In this document: positions 19,877 through 29,579 of the stretch, one piece after another
Numbering within the stretch: position 1 is the stretch's first letter
Layout: each line of letters begins with the position of its first letter
NCBI GenBank assembly: GCA_026395685.1
Contig: JAPLYG010000018.1
Location: forward strand, 288-64,287
DNA from: Candidatus Parcubacteria bacterium
GTDB taxonomy: Bacteria > Patescibacteriota > Patescibacteriia > CAIXNZ01
DNA length: 64,000 bases
Direction: 5' to 3'
The notes under the pieces: generated by a model
What the model saw: the letters and a program-made list of their open reading frames with translations, nothing else
Told to the model about the DNA's origin: nothing
The model's database searches: none
Made by a program: the position numbers and the translations under genes

Positions 19877-20422
19877 ATGAATTTCAAAGAACAATATACT
19901 AAAAAAATAGTGCCGGAATTAATGAAAACTCTTGGTTTTAAAAACCAAATGCAGGTACCTAAGATTGAAAAGGTTGTTTTGAACGTGGGTTTAAGCAAGG
20001 GTTTGAAAGATGCTACTTTTATTGATACCGTAGAAAGTACCCTCACTCGTATAACGGGTCAGAAACCGATAAAAACCAAAGCTAAAAAGTCAATTTCCAA
20101 TTTTAAAATAAGACAGGGCATGATTATCGGCATGAAGGTTACTTTACGCGGGAAAAGGATGTATGATTTTATTGAAAAATTAATTAAGGTAACCTTACCC
20201 CGCGTCCGCGATTTTAGAGGATTAGATTGGAAAATTTTAGATCATAAAGGAAATTTGAATTTGGGAATTAAGGAACATATTTCTTTTCCGGAAATTCGTT
20301 CAGATGAAATTGAAAAGTTGCACGGTTTAGAAGTAGCTATTGTTACTAGCGCAAAAAATAGGGAAGATGCAAAGGCATTATTTAGCGCCCTAGGCTTTCC
20401 TTTTAAAACCGATAATAAGTAA
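19877..20422 (+). CDS. rplE: 50S ribosomal protein L5
   Basis: ITGQKP, LPRVRDFRG. Confidence 0.99.
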   Translation: MNFKEQYTKKIVPELMKTLGFKNQMQVPKIEKVVLNVGLSKGLKDATFIDTVESTLTRITGQKPIKTKAKKSISNFKIRQGMIIGMKVTLRGKRMYDFIEKLIKVTLPRVRDFRGLDWKILDHKGNLNLGIKEHISFPEIRSDEIEKLHGLEVAIVTSAKNREDAKALFSALGFPFKTDNK

Positions 20423-20437
20423 TTAGTTATATATTTT

Positions 20438-20623
20438 ATGGCAACATCAGCACAAATAGCAAAATCAAATAAAAAACCAAAATATTCGACCAGGATTGTC
20501 AGACGATGCTGGCGTTGTGGCCGTAGCCACGGCTATATGCGGGATTTTAAGATTTGCCGCATTTGTTTCAGGGAATTGGCTTCGCAAGGCGCTATCCCCG
20601 GAATAAGAAAAAGCAGCTGGTAA
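20438..20623 (+). CDS. rpsN: 30S ribosomal protein S14, zinc-binding type Z
   Basis: RCWRCGR...ICRICFRE...KSSW. Confidence 0.98.
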   Translation: MATSAQIAKSNKKPKYSTRIVRRCWRCGRSHGYMRDFKICRICFRELASQGAIPGIRKSSW

Positions 20624-20670
20624 ATTTTTATTTAATTTATATTTTATAAAATAAGTTAATTTATTTAAAT

Positions 20671-21063
20671 ATGATTACTGACCCAATTGCAGACATGCTA
20701 ACAAGAATACGGAATGCGCAAATTGTGAGAAAAAGCGAAGTCTTAGTACCTTTCTCTAAGCTTAAGTTTGAGATTGCCAAAATTTTGAAGCATGAAAAAT
20801 ATATTGAAAATCTGGAAAAAGTTGAAGAGGCAAAATTTCCGCAGTTAAAAATTACCTTAAAGTATAATGAAGATCAGCCAGCAATCACTTCAATTAGAAG
20901 AGTAAGTAGGCCGGGTCAGCGTGTATATCTTAGTAAAAATAATGTTTTTAACGTTTTGAATAATTTAGGCATCGCAATTTTATCTACTTCGGCCGGCTTA
21001 ATGACTAGCAGAGAAGCAAAAAGGAAAGGTGTCGGCGGTGAAATTATTTGTGAAATTTGGTAA
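20671..21063 (+). CDS. rpsH: 30S ribosomal protein S8
   Basis: DPIADMLTRIRNA, SRPGQRVY, GGEI. Confidence 0.99.
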   Translation: MITDPIADMLTRIRNAQIVRKSEVLVPFSKLKFEIAKILKHEKYIENLEKVEEAKFPQLKITLKYNEDQPAITSIRRVSRPGQRVYLSKNNVFNVLNNLGIAILSTSAGLMTSREAKRKGVGGEIICEIW

Positions 21064-21155
21064 TAATTTATAATGTAAAATGAGCCCCAAACTTATAATC
21101 ACAATTGAGTAGTTGCCGTGATTAAAGTTTAGTGGTTAAATTAACACATATAACT

Positions 21156-21686
21156 ATGTCTAGAATAGGTAAAAAACTGATTACTGTCCCCGAAGGAGTG
21201 GAAGTAAAAATTAGTGATAATTTAGTAACAGTCAAAGGCCCTAAAGGAGAATTGACTCAAAAAATTCATTCCTTGGTTAAGGTTGAACTACAAAATAAAG
21301 AAGTAATTTTTACCGTTAAAGATCCGGAGGATAAAACTAATAAGTCTTTATGGGGTCTTTATAATAGATTAGTTAATAACATGATAGTTGGCGTTACTAA
21401 GGGTTTCGAAAAAAAATTAGAAGTTATCGGCGTAGGTTTCAAGGTAGCCTTACAGGGACAAAAATTAATTTTAAATTTAGGGTTTTCTCATCCGGTTGAA
21501 TATCTGATTCCACCGGAGATGACCGCGAGTGTGGAGAAAAATACAATTACCTTGAAAGGGTATGATAAATATTTAGTAGGTGAAACTGCTGCACGTATTA
21601 GGCGTATTAAAAAACCGGAGCCATATAAAGGTAAAGGTATTCGATATCTCGGAAGTAAAGGCAAAAAAGGGCAAAAAAATAGATAA
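21156..21686 (+). CDS. rplF: 50S ribosomal protein L6; C-terminus aberrant after KGIRY
   Basis: [25 protein letters not shown]; tail reads rplR sequence out of frame. Confidence 0.95.
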   Translation: MSRIGKKLITVPEGVEVKISDNLVTVKGPKGELTQKIHSLVKVELQNKEVIFTVKDPEDKTNKSLWGLYNRLVNNMIVGVTKGFEKKLEVIGVGFKVALQGQKLILNLGFSHPVEYLIPPEMTASVEKNTITLKGYDKYLVGETAARIRRIKKPEPYKGKGIRYLGSKGKKGQKNR

Positions 21687-21831
21687 GGCTGTTGAGGTCG
21701 GAAAATTAATTGCAAAAAAAGCTTTAGAGCAAAAGATTAAAAACGTGGTGTTTGATCGCGGTGGATATAAGTTTCATGGTCGTGTTAAAGCAGTCGCAGA
21801 GGCAGCACGTGAAAACGGTTTAGAATTTTAA
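21648..21831 (+). pseudogene. rplR: 50S ribosomal protein L18, C-terminal half only (deletion or mis-assembly)
   Basis: VGKLIAKKA...[28 protein letters not shown] present; N-terminal RPRL.VFRS...AQ.IDD region and start codon absent. Confidence 0.85.
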
Positions 21832-21855
21832 TAAATATATTAAATTAATTTATAT

Positions 21856-22461
21856 ATGCCCAAAAGAGAAAAAATGTATAAAAAGGACGAGGAATTCGAA
21901 CAGCGTATTGTTGATTTGGCGAGGGTTACTCGCGTGGTAGCAGGCGGCAAGAGAATGAGATTTCGTGCTACTTTAGCTATTGGCGATAAAAGGGGACGGG
22001 TAGGCATGGGAGTCGCCAAGGGCGCTGATGTTACAATTGCTGTTAATAAAGCATTTAATCAGGCGAAAAAGCAATTGATACATGTCCCGATTGTCAATGA
22101 AACAATTCCACATGAAATACATGTAAAATATAAGGCCGCAAGAATTTTGTTAAAACCTGCTCCCAAAGGTACTGGTATTAAGGTTGGCGGCGCAGTGCGG
22201 GTTGTCTGTGAGTTAGCTGGTATTACGAATGTGAGAGGTAAAATATTAGGTTCTAATAATAAGATCAGTAATCTACGGGCAGCTTTGTTTGCTTTGCAGA
22301 ACTTTAAAAAAGGCAATAAAGAGGGAAAACAGGAAATTAAAGGTGACACCATAGAATTTAAGACTGCAAATTCAGAAAAAAATCAGGACAATGAAGTTAA
22401 AAAGGAAAAGGTGTCAATTAAGGAAAAAATTAAAGGTTTAATAAAAAAAGAAGATAAATAA
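21856..22461 (+). CDS. rpsE: 30S ribosomal protein S5
   Basis: RVTRVVAGGKRMRF, PAPKGTGI. Confidence 0.98.
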   Translation: MPKREKMYKKDEEFEQRIVDLARVTRVVAGGKRMRFRATLAIGDKRGRVGMGVAKGADVTIAVNKAFNQAKKQLIHVPIVNETIPHEIHVKYKAARILLKPAPKGTGIKVGGAVRVVCELAGITNVRGKILGSNNKISNLRAALFALQNFKKGNKEGKQEIKGDTIEFKTANSEKNQDNEVKKEKVSIKEKIKGLIKKEDK

Positions 22462-22556
22462 GAAAAGGAATCACTAAATTTTTATCACGAAAATACACGA
22501 AAATTCGGTGTTATTTAGTGAAATAATTTCGTGGTTCAGATAACCTAAATAATCAT

Positions 22557-23042
22557 ATGGCTTTGAATTTACATAATTTAAGACCTGCTAAGGGCGCTAG
22601 AAAAAGAAAGATTAGAGTAGGGCGCGGTACTTCTTCAGGCCACGGCACTTATTCTGGCCGTGGTGCAAAAGGACAGCGAGCGAGAAGTGGCGGTAAAGGC
22701 GGCTTAAAAGCTTTTGGTTTGAAAGGAAATATTTTGAGTACCCCGAAATTAGGTGGTTTCAAAAGCAGAAGACCAAAATTTGAAATTGTGAACCTTAGTG
22801 ATTTAGAAAACAATTTTAATGATAATGAGCTGGTTACCCCCGAGATTTTGCTTGCCAAGGGGTTAATTGCAGATACCAGGCCAGGTGTTAAAATTTTAGG
22901 AGAAGGAAAATTGACAAAAAAAATTAATTTACGTGTCCATAAAATTTCTGAAAACGCCAAGGTAATGATTGAAAAAAATGGCGGTAAAGTGTTTTTGTTC
23001 GGTCAAGCAAAGTCGAATGATAAAAAAGCGAACAAAGAATAA
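22557..23042 (+). CDS. rplO: 50S ribosomal protein L15
   Basis: RVGRG.SSGHG.YSGRG.KGQRARSG, VKILGEG. Confidence 0.98.
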   Translation: MALNLHNLRPAKGARKRKIRVGRGTSSGHGTYSGRGAKGQRARSGGKGGLKAFGLKGNILSTPKLGGFKSRRPKFEIVNLSDLENNFNDNELVTPEILLAKGLIADTRPGVKILGEGKLTKKINLRVHKISENAKVMIEKNGGKVFLFGQAKSNDKKANKE

Positions 23043-23047
23043 ATATT

Positions 23048-24322
23048 ATGTTTGATAAGATAATTCAAATTTTTAAAATCAAGGATTTAAGGATGAAGAT
23101 TCTGACAATCCTCGGATTATTGGTAGTTTTTCGTATTGCGGCGCATATTCCAATTCCCGGCGTTAATCTGGAAAATTTGAAAGAATTTTTTTCATCTAAT
23201 CAAATTTTTGGTTTGATAAATGTATTTTCCGGTGGCGGTATGGAAAATTTCTCTATAGTTGCTATGGGTGTCGGCCCCTATATTACAGCCTCCATCATTT
23301 TTCAGCTACTAGTCATGATTATCCCGAAATTGGAAGAATTATCAAAGGAGCCAGGCGGACATCAAAAAATTAACAGCTGGACAAGATGGCTGACAATCCC
23401 GATGGCAGCTTTGCAGGCTTATGGAACAATCTCCATATTACAAAGACAGTCTACATATCAAATTATTAGCGGTTTAACACCCTTTACCCTTTTTTCTATC
23501 ATTGTAACTTTAACCGCAGGCACAATCTTTTTAATGTGGTTGGGCGAAATAATTTCCGAATTGCATATCGGTAATGGCATTTCACTTTTGATTTTTGCAG
23601 GTATTGTTGCTAATTTGCCCTTGGTTCTCCAAAGAGCAGTTGTAGTTTTTGACCCATCTCAAATTGTTAATATAGTAATCTTTGCTGCTATTGCACTAAT
23701 TACAGTCATTGGAGTAGTCATTATTAATGAGGGTACTCGCAATATCCCTGTTTCTTATGCTCGGCATGTGCGCGGCAACAGAATGTATGGCGGAGTAAAT
23801 ACGTATTTGCCGTTGAAGGTAAATATGGCAGGTGTAATTCCGATTATCTTTGCGATTTCTCTAATCGTTTTTCCTCCAATGATTGCCAATTTCTTTTTAC
23901 AGGCCAAAAGCCAGATACTGGTAAAGGCTTCTGAGTTTGTAATTCAGGTTTTTCAAAATCAGCTAGTGTATGGTATTTTATATTTTGTTTTTGTTTTTGC
24001 CTTCACTTATTTTTATACTGCAGTAATTTTCCATCCTCAGCAGATTGCAGAAAATTTGCAGAAACACGGCGGATTTATTCCGGGGATTAGGCCTGGAAAA
24101 AATACCGAAGAGTATTTAGCCTCAGTAACTAACCGTATTATTTTTACAGGTGCTTTATTTTTGGGCTTAATTGCTATTTTGCCTTTAGTTGTTCAGCAAT
24201 TTGTTGGTGGTTTGAACCTGGTCATCGGCGGTACTAGCTTATTAATCGTTGTCAGTGTGGTAATTGAAACGGTAAAACAGATAGAATCACAAATGACCAT
24301 GAGAGACTACGAAGGGTTGTAA
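23048..24322 (+). CDS. secY: Preprotein translocase SecY
   Basis: GVGPYITASII, GNGISL, AGVIPIIFA, FIPGIRPG, GGTSLLIVV. Confidence 0.99.
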   Translation: MFDKIIQIFKIKDLRMKILTILGLLVVFRIAAHIPIPGVNLENLKEFFSSNQIFGLINVFSGGGMENFSIVAMGVGPYITASIIFQLLVMIIPKLEELSKEPGGHQKINSWTRWLTIPMAALQAYGTISILQRQSTYQIISGLTPFTLFSIIVTLTAGTIFLMWLGEIISELHIGNGISLLIFAGIVANLPLVLQRAVVVFDPSQIVNIVIFAAIALITVIGVVIINEGTRNIPVSYARHVRGNRMYGGVNTYLPLKVNMAGVIPIIFAISLIVFPPMIANFFLQAKSQILVKASEFVIQVFQNQLVYGILYFVFVFAFTYFYTAVIFHPQQIAENLQKHGGFIPGIRPGKNTEEYLASVTNRIIFTGALFLGLIAILPLVVQQFVGGLNLVIGGTSLLIVVSVVIETVKQIESQMTMRDYEGL

Positions 24323-24402
24323 AGGCAGTAGGATTTTATCTAGTATTTGCAATAATTGAATATATGTTATAATAAAAAGGGAAATCACCCTTTTTATTTT
24401 TT

Positions 24403-24432
24403 TCCGCCAGGGGCAGATCAGTCTTTGGCAGA
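24403..24432. repeat. Degenerate family B double-hairpin element
   Basis: TCCGCCAGGGGCAGATCAGTCTTTGGCAGA resembles 11264-11313 and 4582-4611. Confidence 0.6.
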
Positions 24433-24445
24433 ATCATATAATAAT

Positions 24446-25096
24446 ATGAACTTAATTTTAATCGGACCCCAAGGTAGCGGTAAGGGTACACAGGCGAAAT
24501 TGTTGTCACAATTTTTAAAAATACCCGCTTTATCAATGGGGCAACTATATCGCCGGGAAATATTACACCAGACAGCGATCGGCAAAATCGCCGCACCTTA
24601 TGTTGCTGCGGGTAAACTCGTACCCGATGAAATTACTGGCAAATTGTTAAAAAAAGAGTTAAGATCTAAAAGATATAAAAAGGGGGTAATTTTCGACGGT
24701 TTCCCCCGCACTTATAAGCAAAATATGTTTCTGGAAGATTTGTTAAAAATTGACAGTGTAATTTTGATAGATATTCGCCGCAAAGCAATCTTAAAAAGAT
24801 TAAGCGGCCGATATATCTGTGATTGCGGCCAGACCTATAATCTTTATTCCCAGGAATCAGAAAAGCCAAAGTATTACATGATTTGTGATAAGTGTGGACA
24901 TAAATTAAAGCAAAGGCAGGATGATACACCGAAGGCAATAAGGCAGAGATTAAAAATATATCGAGAAAATACCAAGCCTTTATTCGCTTATTATAAAAAA
25001 CAAAAAAAATTGATAACAATTAGCGGGGAGCAAAGGATTGAGAAAATTTTTAGGGCAATTTTGCTTGCTTTAAAATATAAAGGAACTATTTCATGA
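24446..25096 (+). CDS. adk: Adenylate kinase
   Basis: MNLILIGPQGSGKGTQA, DGFPRT, Zn-lid cysteines, RQDD. Confidence 0.95.
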   Translation: MNLILIGPQGSGKGTQAKLLSQFLKIPALSMGQLYRREILHQTAIGKIAAPYVAAGKLVPDEITGKLLKKELRSKRYKKGVIFDGFPRTYKQNMFLEDLLKIDSVILIDIRRKAILKRLSGRYICDCGQTYNLYSQESEKPKYYMICDKCGHKLKQRQDDTPKAIRQRLKIYRENTKPLFAYYKKQKKLITISGEQRIEKIFRAILLALKYKGTIS

Positions 25097-25869
25097 TTAT
25101 TTATAAAACCCAAAAAGAAATTGATACTATAGGAAAAGGTGGTAAGATTTTAGCGCAAATTTTAAAACAGGTGGCCCAAACAGTAAAGCCTGGAGTCGGC
25201 ACAAAGGAATTGGATGAAATGGCTGAAAGGCTGATTTTACAAAGTGGCGGTCAGCCATCATTTAAAAATTATCGACCTTCAAGCGCAGACCGTCCGTTTC
25301 CTACGACTCTCTGCACTTCTATTAATGATGAAGTAGTCCATGCACCTGCTATTCCCAATCGTTTTTTGAAAGAAGGGGATATCATTGGGTTGGATATCGG
25401 CATGCAATATAAAGGGCTATATACAGATATGGCTGTAACTGTTGGCGTTGGTCAAATCAGCAAACAGGCACAGCGGCTTTTAAATGTAACCCAAGAAGCC
25501 TTGAGTTTAGCACTGGACCAGGTTAAAGAAGGTAATTATATAAGCGATATTTCGGCAGCCATACAGCAATATGCGGAAAAAAATGGTTTTGGCGTAGTTC
25601 GTGAATTGGTTGGCCATGGGGTAGGAAAGAAAGTTCACGAAGACCCTAATGTTCCAAATTTTGTGACTGAAGAAAGTAAGCTGATTATGATTAAAAGGGG
25701 TATGGTGCTCGCTCTTGAGCCGATGATAAATATTGGCGGATGGCAGATTGAAGTAGCAGATGATGATACTACGTTTAAAACAGCTGATGGCTCATTATCC
25801 GCGCAATTTGAACATACAGTGGCCGTGGATCATAATGGAGAGACTAGGGTGCTTACAGCATTTGAATAA
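25093..25869 (+). CDS. map: Methionine aminopeptidase type I
   Basis: SINDEVVH, GHGVG..HEDP, LEPM, SAQFEHT. Confidence 0.98.
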   Translation: MIIYKTQKEIDTIGKGGKILAQILKQVAQTVKPGVGTKELDEMAERLILQSGGQPSFKNYRPSSADRPFPTTLCTSINDEVVHAPAIPNRFLKEGDIIGLDIGMQYKGLYTDMAVTVGVGQISKQAQRLLNVTQEALSLALDQVKEGNYISDISAAIQQYAEKNGFGVVRELVGHGVGKKVHEDPNVPNFVTEESKLIMIKRGMVLALEPMINIGGWQIEVADDDTTFKTADGSLSAQFEHTVAVDHNGETRVLTAFE

Positions 25870-25888
25870 TCATCGGTTATTAAATTTT

Positions 25889-26608
25889 ATGTGTTACCAT
25901 TTATCAGTCAATCGCAAACAAAAAGAGCTGGAAAAAAGGTTTGGGGCAGAGTTTTCCAAACCCGATTTGTTCATGCCGATTTTTTATGCCAATGGCTTTG
26001 AGGCACCGAGAATTCCGGTGATAACCAATGAAGAACCCGAAAAAATTCAGATGCTGACCTGGGGCTTGATTCCTCATTGGATTGCCAATGAAGATAAGGC
26101 TAAGGAAATCAGGTTTAAAACTTTAAATTCACGAGCTGATACTTTATTTACCAAAGCTTCGTTTAGTGAGCCAATCAGAAAAAAGCGCTGTCTGATTTTA
26201 GCTGACGGCTTTTTTGACTGGCGGGAATATAAAAGCAAAAAATATCCTTATTATATCTATTTAAAATCAAAAGAGCCTTTTGCTTTTGCCGGGATCTGGG
26301 ATGAATGGATAAATCCTGATAACAAAAAGAAAATTAAGACTGTTTCAATTATTACCACCGACGCCAATGACTTAGTTGCAAAAATTCATAATCTAAAACA
26401 GCGTATGCCGGTTATATTAAGCAAATTTGAGGGAAGGCAATGGTTGGGTGGCTTGGATGATCAGGAGATTAAAAGTATGCTTGACCCTTATCCTGCTAAG
26501 GAAATGGCAGCATATACTGTTTCAAAGTTAATAACTGCCAGAGGCGTTGACCGCAATGTGCCGGAAGTGATGGAAAAATTTGAATATAAGAAGTTAGAAC
26601 CAATATAA
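25889..26608 (+). CDS. SOS response-associated peptidase (SRAP/YedK; abasic-site protection)
   Basis: Start at MCY places catalytic Cys2; WGLIP, NSR, RCLILADGF, IH..KQRMPVIL. Confidence 0.92.
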   Translation: MCYHLSVNRKQKELEKRFGAEFSKPDLFMPIFYANGFEAPRIPVITNEEPEKIQMLTWGLIPHWIANEDKAKEIRFKTLNSRADTLFTKASFSEPIRKKRCLILADGFFDWREYKSKKYPYYIYLKSKEPFAFAGIWDEWINPDNKKKIKTVSIITTDANDLVAKIHNLKQRMPVILSKFEGRQWLGGLDDQEIKSMLDPYPAKEMAAYTVSKLITARGVDRNVPEVMEKFEYKKLEPI

Positions 26609-27484
26609 ATGAAAAAAATGATAGACTTAGTACAACTTCCGGAAAATGTGATAATTCCAAATTTTGAAAGGTTAGCGGATTTGCTTAAAATATTTAAAGA
26701 ACAGGGTAAAGATAAAATTCATGTTTTAGCTGATTTTGATCGTACTTTGACTAAAGCGATTGTTGCAGGGCAAAAAATGCCTTCTATTATTTCTATCTTG
26801 CGCGATGGACGATTTCTAACTCCTGAATATGCCCAAAAAGCTCATAAGCTGTTTGATTATTATCATCCCTTTGAAATTGATCTAAATTTAGGTTTGGCGG
26901 ATAAAAAGAAAAAGATGGAGGAATGGTGGCGTAAACATTTTGAGCTATTGCTTAAGTCTGGTTTGAGCAAAAAAGAAATCAGCGAAGTAGCCCAAGACCC
27001 TAGAATCCAATTGCGGCCGGGCGCAGAAGAACTCTTAAAAGAACTTAATCAACAAAAAATTCCTTTGGTGATAATGTCATCGGCGGGATTGGGGACTGAA
27101 TCTATTTCTTTGGTTTTACAGAGAGAAAAAAGCCTTTATGACAATATTAATATTATTTCCAATGAGTTTGAATACGACCAAAGCGGCCAAGCGATTAAGG
27201 TCAAAGAGCCGATTATCCATACTTTAAATAAGGATGAAACAATGATCCAACAATTTCCGGCTTATCAGGCCGTTAAAAACCGGCCTAATGTTATTTTGTT
27301 AGGTGATAATTTGGAGGATGTGGGTATGGTTGATGGGTTTGATTATGATAATTTATTGAGGATTGGATTTTTGAACGAAAATGTTGATAGAAACTCGGAA
27401 ATTTACAAGAAAAATTTTGATGTAGTGATAATAAATGATGGGGGGATGGAGTTTATTAATATAATATTGAAAGAAGTTATATGA
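26609..27484 (+). CDS. HAD hydrolase, pyrimidine 5'-nucleotidase (cN-III/UMPH-1)-like
   Basis: ADFDRTLT, MEEWW, SSAGLG, IISN, LLGD..EDVGM.DG, IGFLN. Confidence 0.85.
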   Translation: MKKMIDLVQLPENVIIPNFERLADLLKIFKEQGKDKIHVLADFDRTLTKAIVAGQKMPSIISILRDGRFLTPEYAQKAHKLFDYYHPFEIDLNLGLADKKKKMEEWWRKHFELLLKSGLSKKEISEVAQDPRIQLRPGAEELLKELNQQKIPLVIMSSAGLGTESISLVLQREKSLYDNINIISNEFEYDQSGQAIKVKEPIIHTLNKDETMIQQFPAYQAVKNRPNVILLGDNLEDVGMVDGFDYDNLLRIGFLNENVDRNSEIYKKNFDVVIINDGGMEFINIILKEVI

Positions 27485-27876
27485 ACGAAAAAATATTAGG
27501 ACTTGACTATGGCTTAAAAAAAGTCGGTTTAGCTATCGGAGACACTGAGACAAAAATTGCCTCTCCTTTTAAGATACTTGAAAAAAGCATTAGCATTTTT
27601 AATGATCTGTCGAAAATTTGCCAGACTCAAGAAATTACCAAAATTGTGCTGGGCGTGCCGGTCGGATTAAAGGGTATTAAGTCAGAACAATATGAACAAG
27701 TAATTGCCTTTAGTGATAAATTGACTCAGGCATTAGGACTTGAAGTTATACAGCAAGATGAAAATTTGAGCAGCACATATGCCCAGCGTCTTTTGCAGGG
27801 GACTAAGGCGAAGGGCAAGGATGATGCTGTGGCGGCGATGATTGTATTGCAGAGCTACTTTGATGGGCAATTATAA
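27481..27876 (+). CDS. ruvX: YqgF/RuvX family nuclease
   Basis: LGLDYGLKKVGLAIGD, DENLSS, DAVAA.IVLQSY. Confidence 0.95.
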   Translation: MNEKILGLDYGLKKVGLAIGDTETKIASPFKILEKSISIFNDLSKICQTQEITKIVLGVPVGLKGIKSEQYEQVIAFSDKLTQALGLEVIQQDENLSSTYAQRLLQGTKAKGKDDAVAAMIVLQSYFDGQL

Positions 27877-28016
27877 TATAATTTAAAGTTCAAAGTTTAA
27901 AATTAAAAATTACAGTTAGTAGTTTAAAATTTCGGAAGATTTATTATAAAAAATAATACATTAACTTTGAATTTCAATCTGTAACTTTGCACTTTGCATT
28001 TTGAACTTTTAACTAT

Positions 28017-28799
28017 ATGTCACGAACTTACACCACTACCGGAATTATTTTGAAACGCCGAGACTATCAGGAAAATGATAGGCTCTTTTGTCTATATACC
28101 AAGGATTTTGGCAAGATTGAAGTGGTAGCTCGAGGCACAAAAAAAATTACCAGTAAGCTGAAGGGATATTTGGAACCTTTTTATCTGGTTAAGCTGATGA
28201 TTGCTAAAGGCAAGGTAATTGATAAACTGGCAAATTGCAATTCTATTAAGTGTTATGAAAATTTAAGAAACGATCCGACACTTTTAGGCTTTGGTCTAAT
28301 AAATTATCTTGCAGAAGGAACAGACGGCTTGATTTCCGGGCATACTTCACAAAGCGATAAATTTGAATTGCTTTTGGAAGCATTGGATATCATGGAACAG
28401 GAAATTATTAAAGATTTGCCTGAAAAAAAAGAACGCATGCAATTTTTAGCCAATATTTATTTTATTAAATTGCTTGGACTTTTGGGTTATCAGCCGGAAA
28501 TACATCGTTGTGTCCTCTGCCACAAGGGAGTATTACTGACAAAAAATGTTTTTGATTTTTCTAAAGGCGGCCTAATTTGTGAGGACTGCAAAAAGGTTTG
28601 CCTCATTGAGGATTATATCCGTGTTTCTGACAGCGTGATTAAGCTTTTACAATTGGCAAAGGAAAAGCCGCTTGAGTATTTCAGGAATTTAGCAATTGAA
28701 GCTAATGAGCTGAACGAATTTAACGGAGTTGGGGAAAAATTGCTTTTAATTAATATGGAGAAACCGATAAAGTCACTGGAATTTTTTAGCTCAATTTGA
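28017..28799 (+). CDS. recO: DNA repair protein RecO
   Basis: GIILKRRDYQENDR...TKDFGKI...ARG; CVLC and CEDC zinc site. Confidence 0.93.
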   Translation: MSRTYTTTGIILKRRDYQENDRLFCLYTKDFGKIEVVARGTKKITSKLKGYLEPFYLVKLMIAKGKVIDKLANCNSIKCYENLRNDPTLLGFGLINYLAEGTDGLISGHTSQSDKFELLLEALDIMEQEIIKDLPEKKERMQFLANIYFIKLLGLLGYQPEIHRCVLCHKGVLLTKNVFDFSKGGLICEDCKKVCLIEDYIRVSDSVIKLLQLAKEKPLEYFRNLAIEANELNEFNGVGEKLLLINMEKPIKSLEFFSSI

Positions 28800-28957
28800 T
28801 AGCTTAGATGAATTAAAATTTATAACTTTATTTAGCGAAAAGTTCATCTTGACGCTGTCGCTCGCGAGCGACAGGGTTGACAGGGCGATTTTTTTTTGTT
28901 AAGGTCAAGTAAATATTGGAGTAATCTTCCCATTAAAACTAGTCAAAGGAGGGGACT

Positions 28958-29257
28958 TTGGAGATTTTAAAGGTGATAGCGGCAAAGTTGGATAAAGCCT
29001 TTTTGTCCGGAGGTCATTCAAAATTCTTTACGGTTATTGATTTGGTTTTTAAAAAAGATCAGATCTTATCCGAAGAAGATGAAGTAGCCTTACTGGAGTG
29101 GATTCGGGCAGAAATAAAGCCGGAGTGGACTTATATTTGCTGTAATCGAGCCTGGAAAGAAGGCCCCAAGTTTAAGGCCTTTTTGCATCTTTATTGTTTT
29201 GACACGGAACAGAAAATGTATCAGCAGTTGCTAAAAGAATTTAACGTTTTACGATAA
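28958..29257 (+). CDS. Hypothetical protein
   Basis: TTG start with AAGGAGG SD; promoter at 28877-28905. Confidence 0.6.
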   Translation: MEILKVIAAKLDKAFLSGGHSKFFTVIDLVFKKDQILSEEDEVALLEWIRAEIKPEWTYICCNRAWKEGPKFKAFLHLYCFDTEQKMYQQLLKEFNVLR

Positions 29258-29288
29258 GAGAAGGATCTTTTTAGTGAAAGGAGGGAAT

Positions 29289-29423
29289 ATGGAGGATTCA
29301 TCTGATTATACAGAAGCCAAAAAGGAAGACAAAAAAGGCCGGCGTAAGAAAAAGAAACCGGATAACCGAAAAAAAGAACTGCGCAAAAACTGGAAAACTA
29401 GGTGTGCGGCAAGAAGAATATAA
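29289..29423 (+). CDS. Small basic protein (44 aa)
   Basis: AAAGGAGG SD; MEDSSDYTEAKKEDKKGRRKKKKPDNRKKELRKNWKTRCAARRI; terminator at 29438-29465. Confidence 0.55.
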   Translation: MEDSSDYTEAKKEDKKGRRKKKKPDNRKKELRKNWKTRCAARRI

Positions 29424-29579
29424 ATATTTTGGAATTCAAGGACGTTCTCAATGGCGTCCTTTTTTAATTCGAGGAAGGCTGAAATACGAATATTTCGATT
29501 GTTGACTTATAGAGGATATCTTGCTAAGGTTTGGGTACAAAAAGTTATTTGAAAAATCAAGATAAAGGGAGGATGGGAC

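Noticed and set aside
21580-21647. ORF-track N-terminus of L18 (MKLLHVLG...) or programmed frameshift
   Set aside because: It is rplF read in another frame; conserved L18 sequence is missing, which a frameshift cannot restore
25093-25096. Alternative genetic code (UGA=Gly) as in Gracilibacteria
   Set aside because: TGA ends adk, recO, pyrD and der at expected positions, and long genes have no in-frame TGA
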